Part shown: piece after piece, positions 48,791 to 61,208 of the stretch
Position numbering within the stretch: position 1 is the first letter of the stretch
Layout of the letters: every line of letters starts with the position of its first letter
Source of the DNA: Amphiscolops sp. MND2022
Taxonomy: Eukaryota
Length of the DNA: 64,000 nt
Reading direction: 5' to 3'
NCBI GenBank assembly: GCA_964187785.1
Contig: OZ076416.1
Coordinates: 60,202,001-60,266,000, forward strand
Notes under the pieces: generated by a model
The model's database searches: none
Told to the model about the DNA's origin: nothing
What the model saw: only the letters and a program-made list of their open reading frames with translations
Translations under genes and position numbers: made by a program

Positions 48791-49480
48791 ACATTGGCAA
48801 ATAATTTGAGGACCTCAGTTAAGTCAACATGGCTAGACATGTAGGCTTTTGACTCTGGCAGAGCTAACTACGTAGTTTTGCAGAAAAGATTGCCAATAAA
48901 ATCACGGAATCAGTGTGTTGACAGAAAAATCGCGAATTATCGGCAGTAGTTAGCTCAGCATTGATGTTCCTATAGATATGTGGACATAGCCAAGTGTTAG
49001 GAAGATGAATGAATTGGTTCTTGTCTAATGAATACATTAGAATGAACTACTGCTGAAGAAGAAAAGTAAAAAAAATCCAGTCTTGAACTCCCAGAACCCG
49101 GCATCGCGACTGGATTTCCTGAGTTTATCCGTATTTCTGCATATTTATAAAAACCCATGTAAGTTTTTCTGTCTGATTTGAGTTTGGCATTTCATCACGG
49201 TCTTTCAAAGTCACAAAGACTTACACAGATCTTTTTGTTGTTTTTCTTCTAGTTTTTCCAGAAAAGGCTATGACAATTAAAGCAGACATTTGCAGCTTCT
49301 TTCCAGTTTTCCATAAACAATCTGCGAGATATTGAGAGGTAAAAGATTCTGTGAAAGATGTGTGGAAATTAAAACGGTTCCTTGAAACGTTTATTTGTAA
49401 GGTCTTGCAAAAAAGCAAAAAAAAAACGTTTCTTTGAAAGATATTGCAAGAGACTTATTTTTCTCAACCAGGTTATTGAC

Positions 49481-49809
49481 AAACAGGCCGGGAACGGCCC
49501 AAGTAGGCGCCATATCTAAGAGTCAACAAATTGTTAAATTGGGAGAAAATCAATAATGCTATACGAGTAATGAAAATGTTATATCCGAACTTTGAGAATA
49601 TTATATTCGAACATTGAAAACTTTACATCCGAACTTTGAAAACGGTATATCCGAACTTTGATTGTAATATCCGAACTAAAATATTTTGGTTAAAAGTTGA
49701 AAAGTTGAACAAACGAACGAAAAAGTGGACCATTCACAGTGAACTAAAAAAACTACCCACTGTAATAGTCGGGCTTTTTTTCCCTAAGGGATAAGGCGCC
49801 GACTAAAAA
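49481..49809 (+). mobile_element. DINE-1/HINE-like element with a central minisatellite
   Basis: AAACAGGCCGGGAACGGCCCAAGTAGGCGCCATATCTAAG terminus; about 5 ATATCCGAACTTTGA-like repeats at 49578-49680; far block TGTAATAGTCGGGC...GGCGCCGACTAAAAA. Confidence 0.55.
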
Positions 49810-50327
49810 CACGTAGTCTCTGATAGCAGCTGGTGCAAACGCAACCTGCGATGCCATGTAATTCAATGCATGTAACCACATTGTTCCATAAAATAACTTC
49901 ATGCAGCTTCCATGCATGAAATTACATGGAAGCATCACTTCTTCCACACAAAATCGCTTTGGTACAGAGAGTAATTTAGACTGGCAATTGATTTTGACGG
50001 TCACAAAGAGAAACTGACTTAGATTCAACAATGCCCACGTATTGACCTGTAGTGTAATCTCCAGTTTCCCAAGAAACGCAAAGATGCGTTAAGGCAAGAA
50101 GCATCATTTTAAAGTCGCATCACTTTGGCAAATTATTATTGACTCAAGGGAGCAGTTAGATAAGTGTCATTTGATTGATCAAGCTAGACTCTAATTTTGA
50201 AGCATGCAATTGACTATTTTACTAAAATACATCTAGAAGTGTGATTTCTGTGAAGTGAACACAAATACTTTGTTATTTTCCGCCCACATATAAAGGCGGA
50301 GGAAAATTATAATCCCAAATTTTGCCA

Positions 50328-50440
50328 AATCTCCACGATCTCCATCGTGTAGTTACTTGACTATTTTAGTTACTTGTTATCTCCACGATCTCCATCTTTT
50401 AGCTACTTGACTATTTTAGGTACTTGACTATTTCAATTAC
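50328..50440. repeat. Short tandem duplication (~52-bp unit) with TACTTGACTATTT subrepeats
   Basis: atctccacgatctccatc twice; tacttgactattt three times. Confidence 0.75.
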
Positions 50441-50582
50441 TATCAATCAGTAGGTTGTGGGTTCCAATCTCGCCTCCGCCTGATTTTTTGACAAAGCAGA
50501 AAATATCCCGGTGTTTAGCGGGCGCCTGGTTCAGAAATACATTGTTCGAACAACACAAAAACACAAAAATACTTCGATGGGT

Positions 50583-51306
50583 TGTATCGTCAAGCTAGCA
50601 GCTACGTTCTGGAACGGGAACAATGCCCAGGATGCCTAGGCAGGAGACCATGGTCCTACAACAACCTGAACACTAGTTTTTCGTCCCTAAAGGTCTCCTA
50701 GGGGAACTTTCCATTGGTCTAAGGAGACTCCTCAAATGAGAGCTCCGTTGCGACGTGCCGGCACCCTCAAAGCCCAGACACGTCCCACAAGCACGTAAAA
50801 ACGTTTCCTAAGGTTCCTGCGCCCTCCTACATACTTCCGATGCCCAAAAATGAGGTCTAGCTGAAGTACAATTTATTGGGGGAATAAGTTCTAAATCCAC
50901 CAAAACAGGGATCTAGTAGATCCACTATCATCGCAAATCTGCTCCACAACATCGAAAACATCAAAACAAACTGGAATTCGTCACATTCAAGGTTTGTATT
51001 CAGTTTTCAGCGTTATTTTTGTAACCTTCGAAAAGATTCTCCTTTCTTCTGGGGCATTTTCTTGGGCTAGATGGCACAAAACCTCGTTTTTCTGGCAGTT
51101 CTCAGCTCTTCTGGGGTCTCTGACACTGTCTTCTGGGATCTCGAGGGTTTTTCGGGGGTTCCAGGGGTTTTCGTCTTTTTTCTCGCTTTTCAGGGTTCTG
51201 CTAGGTCGGCCATTTTGAATGATCTCATTCATTTGATATCGCATATTTTTATGAAATTCAACGAAATTTTCAAAACTTGATACAACGTCCTTTGCTGGAC
51301 GTTACA
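50583..51306 (-). repeat. 3' LTR of Gypsy D (724 bp)
   Basis: TG...CA termini with a near-perfect 9-bp inverted repeat; PPT at 51307-51319. Confidence 0.8.
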
Positions 51307-51565
51307 TCCTCCCCGGGCCGTAGTTTGACGTCCTCGGCAAACGAGAGTGGATGCAAACTTACATACCCAGTGGGTTTTAGCAACATCATTTCCAATTTTT
51401 GAGATATACAATCTTTGCAAAAAAGTCAAACACAATTGCTAGCAACTTTTAAGATTTTTCTGGATAGCGCTCGCAAACTAGTTTTTTAGTTTAAAATCAG
51501 TTTTTTTAGAAACTTCATTCGCCAATCAACTCAATCTGGTTGAATCTTCTTGTCGTGTTGGTTAC

Positions 51566-52219
51566 CTACGCGGCAGGTATTTTGATTTTTTCTATTTGAG
51601 CAGGAAGACACCAAGTTGGGGCCCAACTACCAGGTGGGGTACTACAAAATGCACAAAAGCACTTGAATAGGGTGTCATAAAAGCGTTGCGATGCGAAATG
51701 AATAGCTCCAAAATAGAACCAAAGCATAAAAACATTAAAGAAAATCACCAAGAGAGTGTGCATTCAGTCCGCTGTGTTCTGATGTGTGATTGGGATCCAT
51801 TTTAGTCACTGTGTACATCTTGTCTTTCGGGAGTTCGTCCATTGTCCATCCAATTGTATGAAGGTCAGTCAGAACAAGCGTTTCAGAAGCTGACGACCCT
51901 GGGATTGGAACATATGACATCAGTCAGTTGACAAACACTGGAATTCGATTGCACTGTTGGAACTTTCACGGTTATTGCAGGAGGTATCAACCATTCGGAG
52001 GCCGGTGGTTTGAACACCACTAAGATTGAATTCATATCCGTCGGATCCACAATGCTCAGAATGTTCAGTGGTCAAACTCTCAACAAAATGAAAGATTATT
52101 GCACTATGTACAAACAAGAAAGGATAGTATACTGCATTGACAAGTAGTACCTTTGCTTGGTGATATGAGAGTACTGGAGACCGATTGTGGAGCCGCGCAC
52201 GGGCAAAGAAATAGGACAC
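51566..52219 (-). pseudogene. Gypsy D accessory ORF remnants (two ORFs joined by a TGATG overlap; the second has a hydrophobic segment and CFCAFC)
   Basis: ORF-track ORFs 51920-52219, 51735-51920 and 51566-51763 lie between the macrodomain stop and the PPT. Confidence 0.45.
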
Positions 52220-52442
52220 AAAAAAACAGGTTGCACTCGTAGATTAAAACTTTTTCACAAGGAAACTTGAACGAAATTTGATTAAAACCAAAACTATGTT
52301 GCTAAAATAGAATGATCTGATTCAGATACAAACGACTAGTATCAACTTGAGTACTATTAGATTAAAGGAAGGCCGCCGGCCTCACGAGTTGCTATGGTGG
52401 AACATATTCTCTCAATTACACTTCGCTATCTCATGTTGTGAT

Positions 52443-53021
52443 CTATGCTATTGATACAAAGGCTCTCTCGTGAAGGACTATTTTGACGTTTGCATCGCTG
52501 AAGTGCTGTTCGAGCATGGAATATCAGGCTGGTAGAATGTTAACAGATCTTTCTGGGTCATAGATCGGAAAGTGTAACGACTTGACGATGCCTTCCGGAA
52601 GCTTGTTTGCTAGATCGACGAGACACAGATGAAGAATGTCTTGCAATAGCAGGTGTTTTCTGGAAGCTCTGGTGAATAAGAGTACGAATTCATTGTCCCA
52701 TGGCGCGTTTTGAGATTGAGGCAACTGCAGAGCCTTGCCTATCGCAGGCCGGCGCTGGAAAATTGCTCGTTGTCCGTACTTTCGAACAACGTAGCGCGTC
52801 ATTGCTGCGTGGGAATCCAGGTCCACAGGACAACATAAAACTACGATGCCAGATGCTTGTAATATGTCGGTATTGTCATAAGGATTCCACTGAAGATGAC
52901 GCGGTCGGGTTTTCGGCTGCGTGATCAACCACTTTCCTGGCCGGTCATCGGGAACTGTATGTGGTGTTACGTGCTCGAAGATAGCTCGACGATCTTGCCA
53001 TACCGTTCGTCGTGTGACTGC
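52443..53021 (-). pseudogene. OARD1/TARG1-like macrodomain, probably the C-terminus of Gypsy D pol, with one premature TGA at 52524-52526
   Basis: TDILQA..VVLCCPVD..AAMTRYVVRKYG..FVLLFTR..H..LHLCLVDL...VKSLHFP...(W)YSMLEQHFSDANVKIVLH aligns by eye along the whole OARD1 fold (GDLF, AHCISED, AGIA..FKKKFG, YYLITK, VTDLSMP, MIEEVF..IKITVY). Confidence 0.65.
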
Positions 53022-54179
53022 TCAGAACTCGCAAACTACAAAATGACAAGCAAACCAGAAAATTACTATGAAGTTTTTTTTGGTCAAGGTCCAGCTTAAA
53101 CAACACCAACACATATTGACCCATTTGATCATTGGTTTCGTTGCTTGACTGAATCCGATTTCAATGTTTGAAAATTTTCAAAATTTTTGACAATTTAGAA
53201 ACCTTGCTATGAAATTTGCATGGTCGTGAAACCCTTGAAAAGAATCATGGTGCAACACGACTTAAAGCAGTGAATAGAAAAACTTAAGGCCTTATGCCAC
53301 GGGATACAGTGTTCTAGGCCGTATTTCTCAGAATATAAAAAAAACGTAGGTCTCATTCCATCCAAGTTCGGAGATTTTTTTGTTCTCTTGCACCGGAATA
53401 GTGATTATGACGATCAGAAATGAACTCATGATCTCAATCATTTAGTCAGATCAGAAAGGGATGATTGAAATGTTTTTTTTTTCGGAACTTTTGAAAATTT
53501 TTGTCTTCAAAAAATTTCCATTTCCTACGTGAACAAAAATGCTCGCAAAAGCCTCTACTAATCTATTTTTTCAGTTTTCAGATGTTGTTATGAGCTTCAG
53601 CGTTAACAAAATTGAAAAAAAAAGAAATTTCACCCAATCAAAACATCTGATTTTAATATTTCTCTCTCAAAGCAAATTATCCCCCCGACAAATCCTATAG
53701 AATTTTGGCATCGGTTTTGTTTCGGTTCTCCAAAACCGGAAAGTGATGATTAATTTTGAGTTTTTCAACAGTTTGCGCGCGAAAAGTTTCTTTCGGAAAA
53801 ATTCCAGTTTTGCCACTTTTTTTTGCCACAATGGCCAACGTAGACTATTTTTAAAGCTCTATTTTGAAGTAGACTATTTTGAAGGGAAACGAACTCTTAC
53901 AGCTCCTGTTTCGATAATTTAGTTAGCGTCTTACAAAAATTGAGATTTTGATCGCGAAAACCTGCAAAAGGTGTGGAACTTATCTTTAATTTCCTCGATG
54001 TTTCTCTGAAAATCCGCCAAATTTTAGAGAAATCCTGAAAAATTCCTGAAGAATTATTGGAAAAATACGAATTGCATCAGGGAATTATTTAGCATTCATG
54101 ATTTTCTATGAACTTCCCAAAATCATGCTAAACCTGCTCGGCAGAATATGAAATCATTTTTGATATCTTGAATTACGTG

Positions 54180-54595
54180 TCCAGACAGAAAGGCTTCCAG
54201 ACAAAAGGGCTTACAGACAAAAGGGCCAAAAAGACAGACAAAAAGGCCACAGACAAAAAGGCCAAAAAAGCAGACAAAAGGGCCAAAATAATTTTAATTA
54301 GGAGCTCAATTATTATAACGTAGTCAGCTATGTTCACATACCCCTAGTGCCCTAAATGCAGGAGCGAAGCGAAGCGGAGCGACGTGCCATATGGCCATGC
54401 CTCAATGTTGCTACTTGGCGAAGGGAGCGAAGCGACCGAGCCATACAACAAATATGCTAACGTCTTCAAATAAATCAAGTTCCAGATCCGTTTTATTACA
54501 ACAAAAAACAATTTTTTCATTGAAAAAACAATTAAAATAAAACTTTGGTTTTTGGCCCTTTTGTCTGTGTTTTTGGCCCTTTTGTCTGTGCACCC
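54180..54595. mobile_element. Foldback-like MITE whose inverted arms are CAGACAAAAGGGCCAAAAA minisatellites
   Basis: About 6 units at 54180-54290, inverted units at 54545-54595, GAGCGAAGCGA motifs in the centre. Confidence 0.6.
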
Positions 54596-55290
54596 TTGAA
54601 TTACCCTCATGTAGACTTAACGAGTTGACCTCCCTCCGCTTACAATTTCTTTTTCCTCCTCTCTCAATTGGTCTGGAAACTTTGGTTTGACCTTGAAACG
54701 AACTCTTGCAGCTCCTGTTTCGATAATTTGCAAGAAAACGTTCAATTTTGAGACAGTCGCTGAAAATTATTTCAACAACTCCAAACGAATTTTCTGGAAG
54801 TTTTGATGTTAACGACCCAAATAGAACCCCCCTTCGCCAGAGCCCTCCTCGGAATTCTGCTCATGGGTCAGCATAGCATCCTCGAAAGTAACCATTTGAT
54901 TAGTAAGGAAGACACGTGTCCGTACGGGGTTTGTCGGATTCTATTTTCCATGGAAAATGAATTGTTGACGTTAACCAGTCAAACCCCGAACAAATATTTT
55001 AAGAAAAAAATGAATTCAATGGCACTCTTCAGATAAATGCAATCTTTGTGATTTTCTTTCGCAACCCATTGAACCATGGCAATCACGTTTTAATGACCTC
55101 GACTGTTCTGCATGGGAATGTCTTACACACCAGCCTCAATTTCTTGATTGGCTTTTAGTCTAAAATGTTCTGAAATGTTTCATTGGTTGTTTGTCAAGGT
55201 CGAGAGAGTTTTCGCATTAAAAGGAATGCATCTCAAAATTGAATGGAAACCAATATTTTGCCTGAATTTTGAAACACACTTTTCCCTGAT

Positions 55291-55340
55291 TTTTAGTCGG
55301 CGCTTTTCTAGTGAAAAGAGCCCGACTATTACAGTGATTA
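55291..55340 (-). repeat. Far-end block of the DINE-1/HINE-like family
   Basis: Reverse complement TGTAATAGTCGGGCTCTTTTCACTAGAAAAGCGCCGACTAAAAA matches 60162-60209. Confidence 0.7.
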
Positions 55341-55589
55341 GTTGAGGCGACGAGCGAAGCGAGATGCCTTATTGTTTGCGTCGGGTTTTTTTGGCCAAAA
55401 CGTGACATCCCTCTGCATTAGGAAAAGTTTCGGCTATTTTTCTCCAAGCCTATTTCTCCGAGACAATTCAAAATTTTAAAAACAGAACCGCAACTGAATG
55501 CCCTTTCTGGCCATGTAGAAAAGTTCCATAAATTTTCCGCCTGGGCGATTTTACTAGCTTCGGAAACACGATTTTTGAGAAAATTTTTA

Positions 55590-56440
55590 GGATTTTTCCG
55601 ATTTCGCGTAATTTTACCACTTGAACCATATCGAACAGTCTCAAAATAAGTACCAACTGAGGCAAGAGGATGTCTTATTTAAGGTCGTGAAAGTTTCATT
55701 ATCTTACAATTATTGGGCGTTGAGAAAATGGCAATTAAAAATCGGAATTTTTATGGGGTTTTTTGGGAGAAAAATTTCTGAATAAAGACTTTGCTCAATT
55801 TTACTACTTAAACGACATCGAACCGGCTCATAAATAGTACCGACCGACGCAAGAGGATGTCTTCTCTAAGCTCATGAAAGTTTAGGTGAAATTTCTGATA
55901 ACTTTAAAAGTTTTTGCAGATTTTGCCTACTTTCGGTTGATAAACCACATCAAACCAGTCAAACAAAGGCGTCAGCTAACGTATCAGGGCCCCTCTTTTC
56001 GGTGGCTGAAGGTTTTATTACAGGGCGTTGAAAAATTGCGATGAAAACTGGATTTTTTTTGGTGATTTTGCGAAAAACCTTTCACGCGTATTTTGACATT
56101 CCTATGTGTACATGCTTGGGCCTTTTTCCGACAAACCATTGCTTCGAAGCTATCCGAATTATCCGAAAAAAACTACTACCATTGATTACTTTTCTGACAA
56201 TGTAAAATTTCAACGGAACTTTTCTTTCGGCGCAAATTTAACAGCTTCGGATGAATCTTCCGATTACTTTACGGTTTTCGTTGATTTTGCTACTTTACCT
56301 ACTTGAACTACATCAAACCGGCCCAATATAAAGAACAACTGACACTGGCGGACGTTTTATTCAATCTGGTGAAAGTTTCATCCTTCGATTATTCGTCATT
56401 GCGAAAATGGTTGTTGAAAATCGGAAATTTTTAGGGTTTT
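55590..56440. repeat. Degenerate tandem repeat (~100-190 bp units)
   Basis: Recurrent ttttactacttgaac..atcgaacc..gcaagaggatgtctt..gtgaaagttt blocks near 55610, 55800, 55925, 56290. Confidence 0.5.
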
Positions 56441-56724
56441 TTTTAAAAAATTCCTGTTCTCGTTTGTCCTTTCTGATGTATCAGCGGTATTTCCACCTTA
56501 TATCACACCTGAGTAGTTGTCAAAATTTGAAAAATGAAAAGTCTCGACATTTTGATGAGAAAGATATAGACCAAGAACTCTTCGATTCTCAATTTTTTTG
56601 TTCAATTGTAAATTTGTTGTTTTTCCCTACTTCCAAATGGTAATCGTGCCAATAGCACCTATTCTTATTTCTGCTTGACAGTTCACTTGTGTACCTGCAA
56701 AATTTCGGTGTAAGCTAAATGCCC

Positions 56725-57289
56725 TTATCTAGCGTCTACTGCCGCAGAGACTACTGTAAATCACATCGTCTCGCACAAGTGGCCTAGCCAACGCTCTCTG
56801 ACATAATACAATGAAAGATCTTTTGATCCCTGGACACCAGCTGGAATCTAATTTTCCTTGCTGAATTATTTGAAGCCTCCAAGAGATCCTCTGCTCGGAG
56901 CCGTCGCGCAATGGCAATTGCGCCTATGTATTTTTTTTGTCAGACGACAGACCTCATTGTGTATGTACCACTTTTAGTACAGACTTTACTTGGTTTACGG
57001 TGAACCCAGCGGTCACGGGTTCGAGTCCTTGCTTTAGCCAGAAACTTTTTCGAGCATTTGCAAAAGCGGACGAGACTGAAGGGTCCCCTCCGTCATTTGT
57101 TTCGGCACTGTGCAATTTTTTTCGAATTTTTTTGTCTCCAAAGGGTCCCCCTTTCAATTTATTTGATATTTTGCAGCAAATAAAGCGATTTTCAAAAAGC
57201 CCGTTGGGTCCCCCCTTTTACAGGTTTAAAATTTTTGCACTTTTAGAGCCTTAGATATAGCGCCGACTTTAGACGTTCCCGTCTTGTTT
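56725..57289 (-). mobile_element. DINE-1/HINE-like element
   Basis: Terminus (reverse complement) AAACAAGACGGGAACGTCTAAAGTCGGCGCTATATCTAAGGCTC; GGGGACCC motifs; B-box GGGTTCGAGTCC at 57017-57028; far end approximate. Confidence 0.5.
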
Positions 57290-58083
57290 CTTTGTCCCTT
57301 AATAAACATTGCTGAAAAATCACGAAGTGAGTGTTAAAAATGTATTGGACCGCAAATTTGAGAATTCAGCAAAAGGACTGAATAATTTTTAGTTCGAATT
57401 TCTGTGGAAAAAATCTACATCCAGTTTTTATATAAGAACGAATTTTTATTTCTTTCGGTTGAGGCTCGCTGTTCTAGAAGATTTACAAAATTGGGTCTCA
57501 AATCTTCCTAAATTGTTCATAATTTCAACCATATTTGAGCATCGGTTCTTGTAAAAAATAGTTCTTAGAAAAAAACTGAGTGTTGTATTATTAGAATAAA
57601 ATCAGCTCGTTTTTCGTGAGCATGAGGCAGCATGTTTTTCGTCAAAAATTGCGAGACGTTTATAATCCATACAGGCGGCATTTTTAATCAAAGCGTAATT
57701 GTGATACAGTTGAAAAATGACGGCGACTTCATTGGAAAGTATTAAAAAGACAGGATTTGCAAATTTGATGATCGGCACGCGACAAAATTGGTACTTCAGG
57801 AAATTGACCGGTGCGTCCAATGAGAAAGAGGCAAGTTTTGAGAAAGAATTTAATTGCGTATTATGGTACAAAGTATACTACAGTTGGTAACTATAGGCCG
57901 CCGCCTGTGTTAGAGCCATACCAATTTTGGTACGCCGGTGCTTTCTTTGACTGGTATTTACTGGTACTGCTGTCTTCTGCTTAGAACTGGCTCGTGAAGA
58001 AATAAGTCGCCTCGAATTAGTGGCATGCTTTTAGTTGCGGAAATTATGAACAGCCAGCCAAAGAAAAGAAACTGCTGAAAACT

Positions 58084-58086
<3 letters not shown>

Positions 58087-58124
<38 letters not shown>
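58087..58124 (+). repeat. (AG)19 microsatellite
   Basis: Perfect dinucleotide run. Confidence 0.98.
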
Positions 58125-58128
<4 letters not shown>

Positions 58129-59104
58129 AGATAGATACAGGGAGAAAGATTGTTCATGGAAACAGACGTTGTTGAGGAGTAGAGATAAAATAAAATAAGG
58201 AATTTGAATTTGTGCCGTGGAAGGATAAAGATAGATGGTTTTGTGAACACATTCAACAGCTCTTAGCCGTCGTCTCCCTGACAAACGGCGATTTCTATTG
58301 GCTGGAAAATTAATTCACGCGAGCTGGCAAAACACATTGAAATAAAAATTCATCACTTTTTATCTCGATTCAAATATTTTCTTTCCCGTTTTTAACTTTG
58401 CCAATTCTGTTTTTGATAAATTACCACATTCTATAGTACCATTCTTACCATCTAATGGTATAAATATTGTGTCAGCCCTCAGCACGATGAATTTTTAAAC
58501 AAAATTGGGAAGCTATTTATCTTATCCAAATTATTTTCGATTTGTAGTCCAACAAAACTCGTGATAAGATTTCATTCTATGCCTAGAAGGAGAAAGTCTT
58601 TATTGGATATTACTTATTACTTGACCGCCTAACTCAGCCTTTAGTTGAGATTTCTGTAAATGGCAGCGAATTTTTATCTTGTCTTGTTTAAAACCGTTTT
58701 CGATCAAGCCAATTGATCCAACTGCAAATTATGGCTGGATTTTGACTCAGATCTTATTCATGGATTAACTGCTTAGTCTCTCATAACCGTTGAATTAAAA
58801 TTCACTCAGATTCCGTGAAATTCATATTTGTTGGCTTTATAGATAAACTCGCTTTTATTTCATTCTCACATTATTCTGTTTATTATCATTTTATATCCAC
58901 TACAAGCTCAAATTCACAAATCTTTGCGATTCAGGTACGTTTTTCTTCAATCGACAACTTATTCTTCACAAATATACCCGCGTCACCTTTTTAATGGTGA
59001 AACATTCAAAAGAGGATCTTTTCATCTCACTCTCATTTCCTTGGAAACACAAACAAGGGAAAAGTTTTTTTTATATTTGGTATACTATATTTTCTGTCAT
59101 TATG

Positions 59105-59527
59105 TACCCAGCGTTCGACATCACCTTGAATATCTTGCCAAGATCTTGCCAAGAAATCCAATATAGACTCCAAGAATACAATTGTCGATGTAGATGTTGT
59201 TCTTGTGCAAGCAACGCTTCCACAAACTGAACAATGTCCTTACTCTGAGTTGGAGGCTCTCTGCTTTTGTGGATTTATATAACACATGTGACATGACTCA
59301 AGAAATTCAAAGTGTCAAGACAAAATCCAAGATCTTGTCAAGATATTCAAGATGTCAAGATCTTACCCAGGTTTCCAAGGTCTTGTCAAGATATCCAAGA
59401 TGATATTGAAGATCTTACCAAGAAATTCAAGATGTCAGGACAAAACATAAGATTTTTCCAAGATATTTAAGAATTCAAGATTTTTCCAAGATCTTGGCAA
59501 GATATTCAAGATGTTGAACGCTGGGTA
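59105..59527. mobile_element. Complete TA-flanked MITE (Tc1/mariner-type), CAAGATCTTG-rich
   Basis: TA-CCCAGCGTTCGACATC...GATGTTGAACGCTGGG-TA; inverted similarity extends about 45 bp; a related fragment follows at 59560-59672. Confidence 0.85.
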
Positions 59528-59783
59528 GAATTAACATCACTTTCAGCAATTCACATCGTGGGAATTATCGGCAAGATCTTTACAGGATCTTGCGAGATAT
59601 TGATATAACCTCAGTGAGGATCCTGACAGGATCCTGTAAGATCTTTCAAGAATCTTGCCAAGATGTCAAACGCTTGGTTTTCATTAAAAAATAGAATTAC
59701 TGTTGAAAACACACTAGGGGACAATTTGAAGTATCTTCCATGGAAAATAGACTGCAAGAAGTTATAGCAGAAGAGGGAGCACC

Positions 59784-60209
59784 AACAAGACTGAAACGTT
59801 AAAAGTCGGTGCTATATCCAAGGGTCAAAAAGCGCAAAGTTTTTAAAATTGTAGAAGGGGTATCCTTTGGGCTTTTTGAAAATCCAGTTTGTTGTAAAAA
59901 TAATAAAAATTGGAGGAGGAACCCTTTAGAAACGAAAAATTTCGAAAAAAGTGTCATAAAGCCAAAAAAGAGGAGGGGAAAGTTTCATAGTGTCAAAACA
60001 TTGGAAAGGGGGGCGCTTCTGGGTTTTGTATTCCAAGTTAGAGGCTTTTGGATACGTTCAAAATCAAGTAATGAGTACTTTTGGTAAATGCACATGAGTA
60101 TAATGCACAAAAAGTGGTACATCAGGGTGAGCTATTTTGAAGAAAACGAAAAAAAACTAGCCAGTGTAATAGTCGGGCATTTTTCACTAGAAAAGCGCCG
60201 ACTAAAAAA
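59784..60209 (+). mobile_element. DINE-1/HINE-like element
   Basis: AACAAGACTGAAACGTTAAAAGTCGGTGCTATATCCAAGG...TGTAATAGTCGGGC..AAAAGCGCCGACTAAAAA. Confidence 0.55.
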
Positions 60210-61208
60210 CGGAACTATCATCATTGACAATCCTTACAAGCTGTGTCACAATTCGTACTACTATTGGTGTTATATCAAAGTGAAATCGTACAGTAGTGGG
60301 ATGAATATTCCGGACTTGTATTTGTGAAAGATATTTCGGACGAGTCTCGTTTTGCTTGAAAATTCACAAATCACTTGACGTCTCGAATGTGATCGTAACG
60401 AAAGTTTCCTAAATTTCGAGAAAACTTATAACTGAGGTGATTAGAAATCGATGCGGCCAAAATTACTCAACTTAAATGTTTGGAAAAATACATAAATTAC
60501 GTCTGGACGTTGGTTTGTGCTAACTATTTTGATCCATTTTAGTTACAAAATATGATTCAAAAGTTACATTTGAATTTTTGGAAAATTTTAGTCACCCACT
60601 TTCCACTCTCGAAAGTTTTGAGCTTCCATGTAAAAGTCAATTTGATTTTCATCAACATCTTAGTCGAAAATAATTAGCTTATATTTATCGAGATTGGGCA
60701 TTGAAAATTGTTTCAGGGATAGTATATTTTCTCTCAAAGAATAAATAAAAACCAGCTGAGAACTCAAAAGTACAATCAATCATGATTTTTGAATCACTCT
60801 CGAATCGACAGGAGTGATAAGTTACAAGTTTTCAAGAGCCCATGAAATTTTAAGTTTGGAACAATCGCATTTCTTAGTCTTAAACAGGTGAAGAGTTATT
60901 AGGATTCTCGTCAGAATTTCGGAAACAAGGATACGTTATCGTGCCTTCTCCCTTTGAGCCACGATGGAATCCTAGGCTCTCCGGTATATAGCCATGGGCC
61001 TTTAAGAAGTTTAAAGTTTTGCTAACTACCTATTTCCATCAATGTGGAACAGATGTCAGTTAGAGGTAGGAGTGTAAAAGGGTGATTCATTGGTAGGTTT
61101 CATTTATTACAGGGTTTTCACCAACCTCGTCAGTCAGATGCAACCATATCTAAGAGACACTTTTCGGTAGTTAGCAGAGCACGTGACCAGACCTTAGAAG
61201 ACATCAGT

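Larger units (their letters stand above)
50583..53021 (-). mobile_element. 3' part of Ty3/Gypsy-like element D (presumed pol C-terminus, accessory ORFs, PPT, 3' LTR), related to Gypsy A
   Basis: On the minus strand, PPT GGCCCGGGGAGGA then LTR TGTAACGTC...GCTTGACGATACA; PPT and LTR termini closely resemble those of Gypsy A. Confidence 0.75.

Noticed and set aside
49578-49680. CRISPR-like repeat-spacer appearance (also 54180-54290 and 59130-59520)
   Set aside because: The context is eukaryotic, the units are degenerate with no unique fixed-length spacers, and there are no cas genes. These are minisatellites inside MITE/HINE-like elements.
49753-50060. Possible minus-strand host exons (also near 48330-48430, 35200-35360 and 17750-18200)
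   Set aside because: These are short open frames with plausible splice dinucleotides but no recognisable homology and no consistent gene model.
61085-61150. Hammerhead-like core on the minus strand in the LINE 3' UTR (CTGACGAG-gttggt-GAAA-accct-GTA); a second CTGACGAG near 60917
   Set aside because: Stem II barely pairs, there is an extra A after GAAA, and stem I does not pair next to the core. The second motif has no GAAA.
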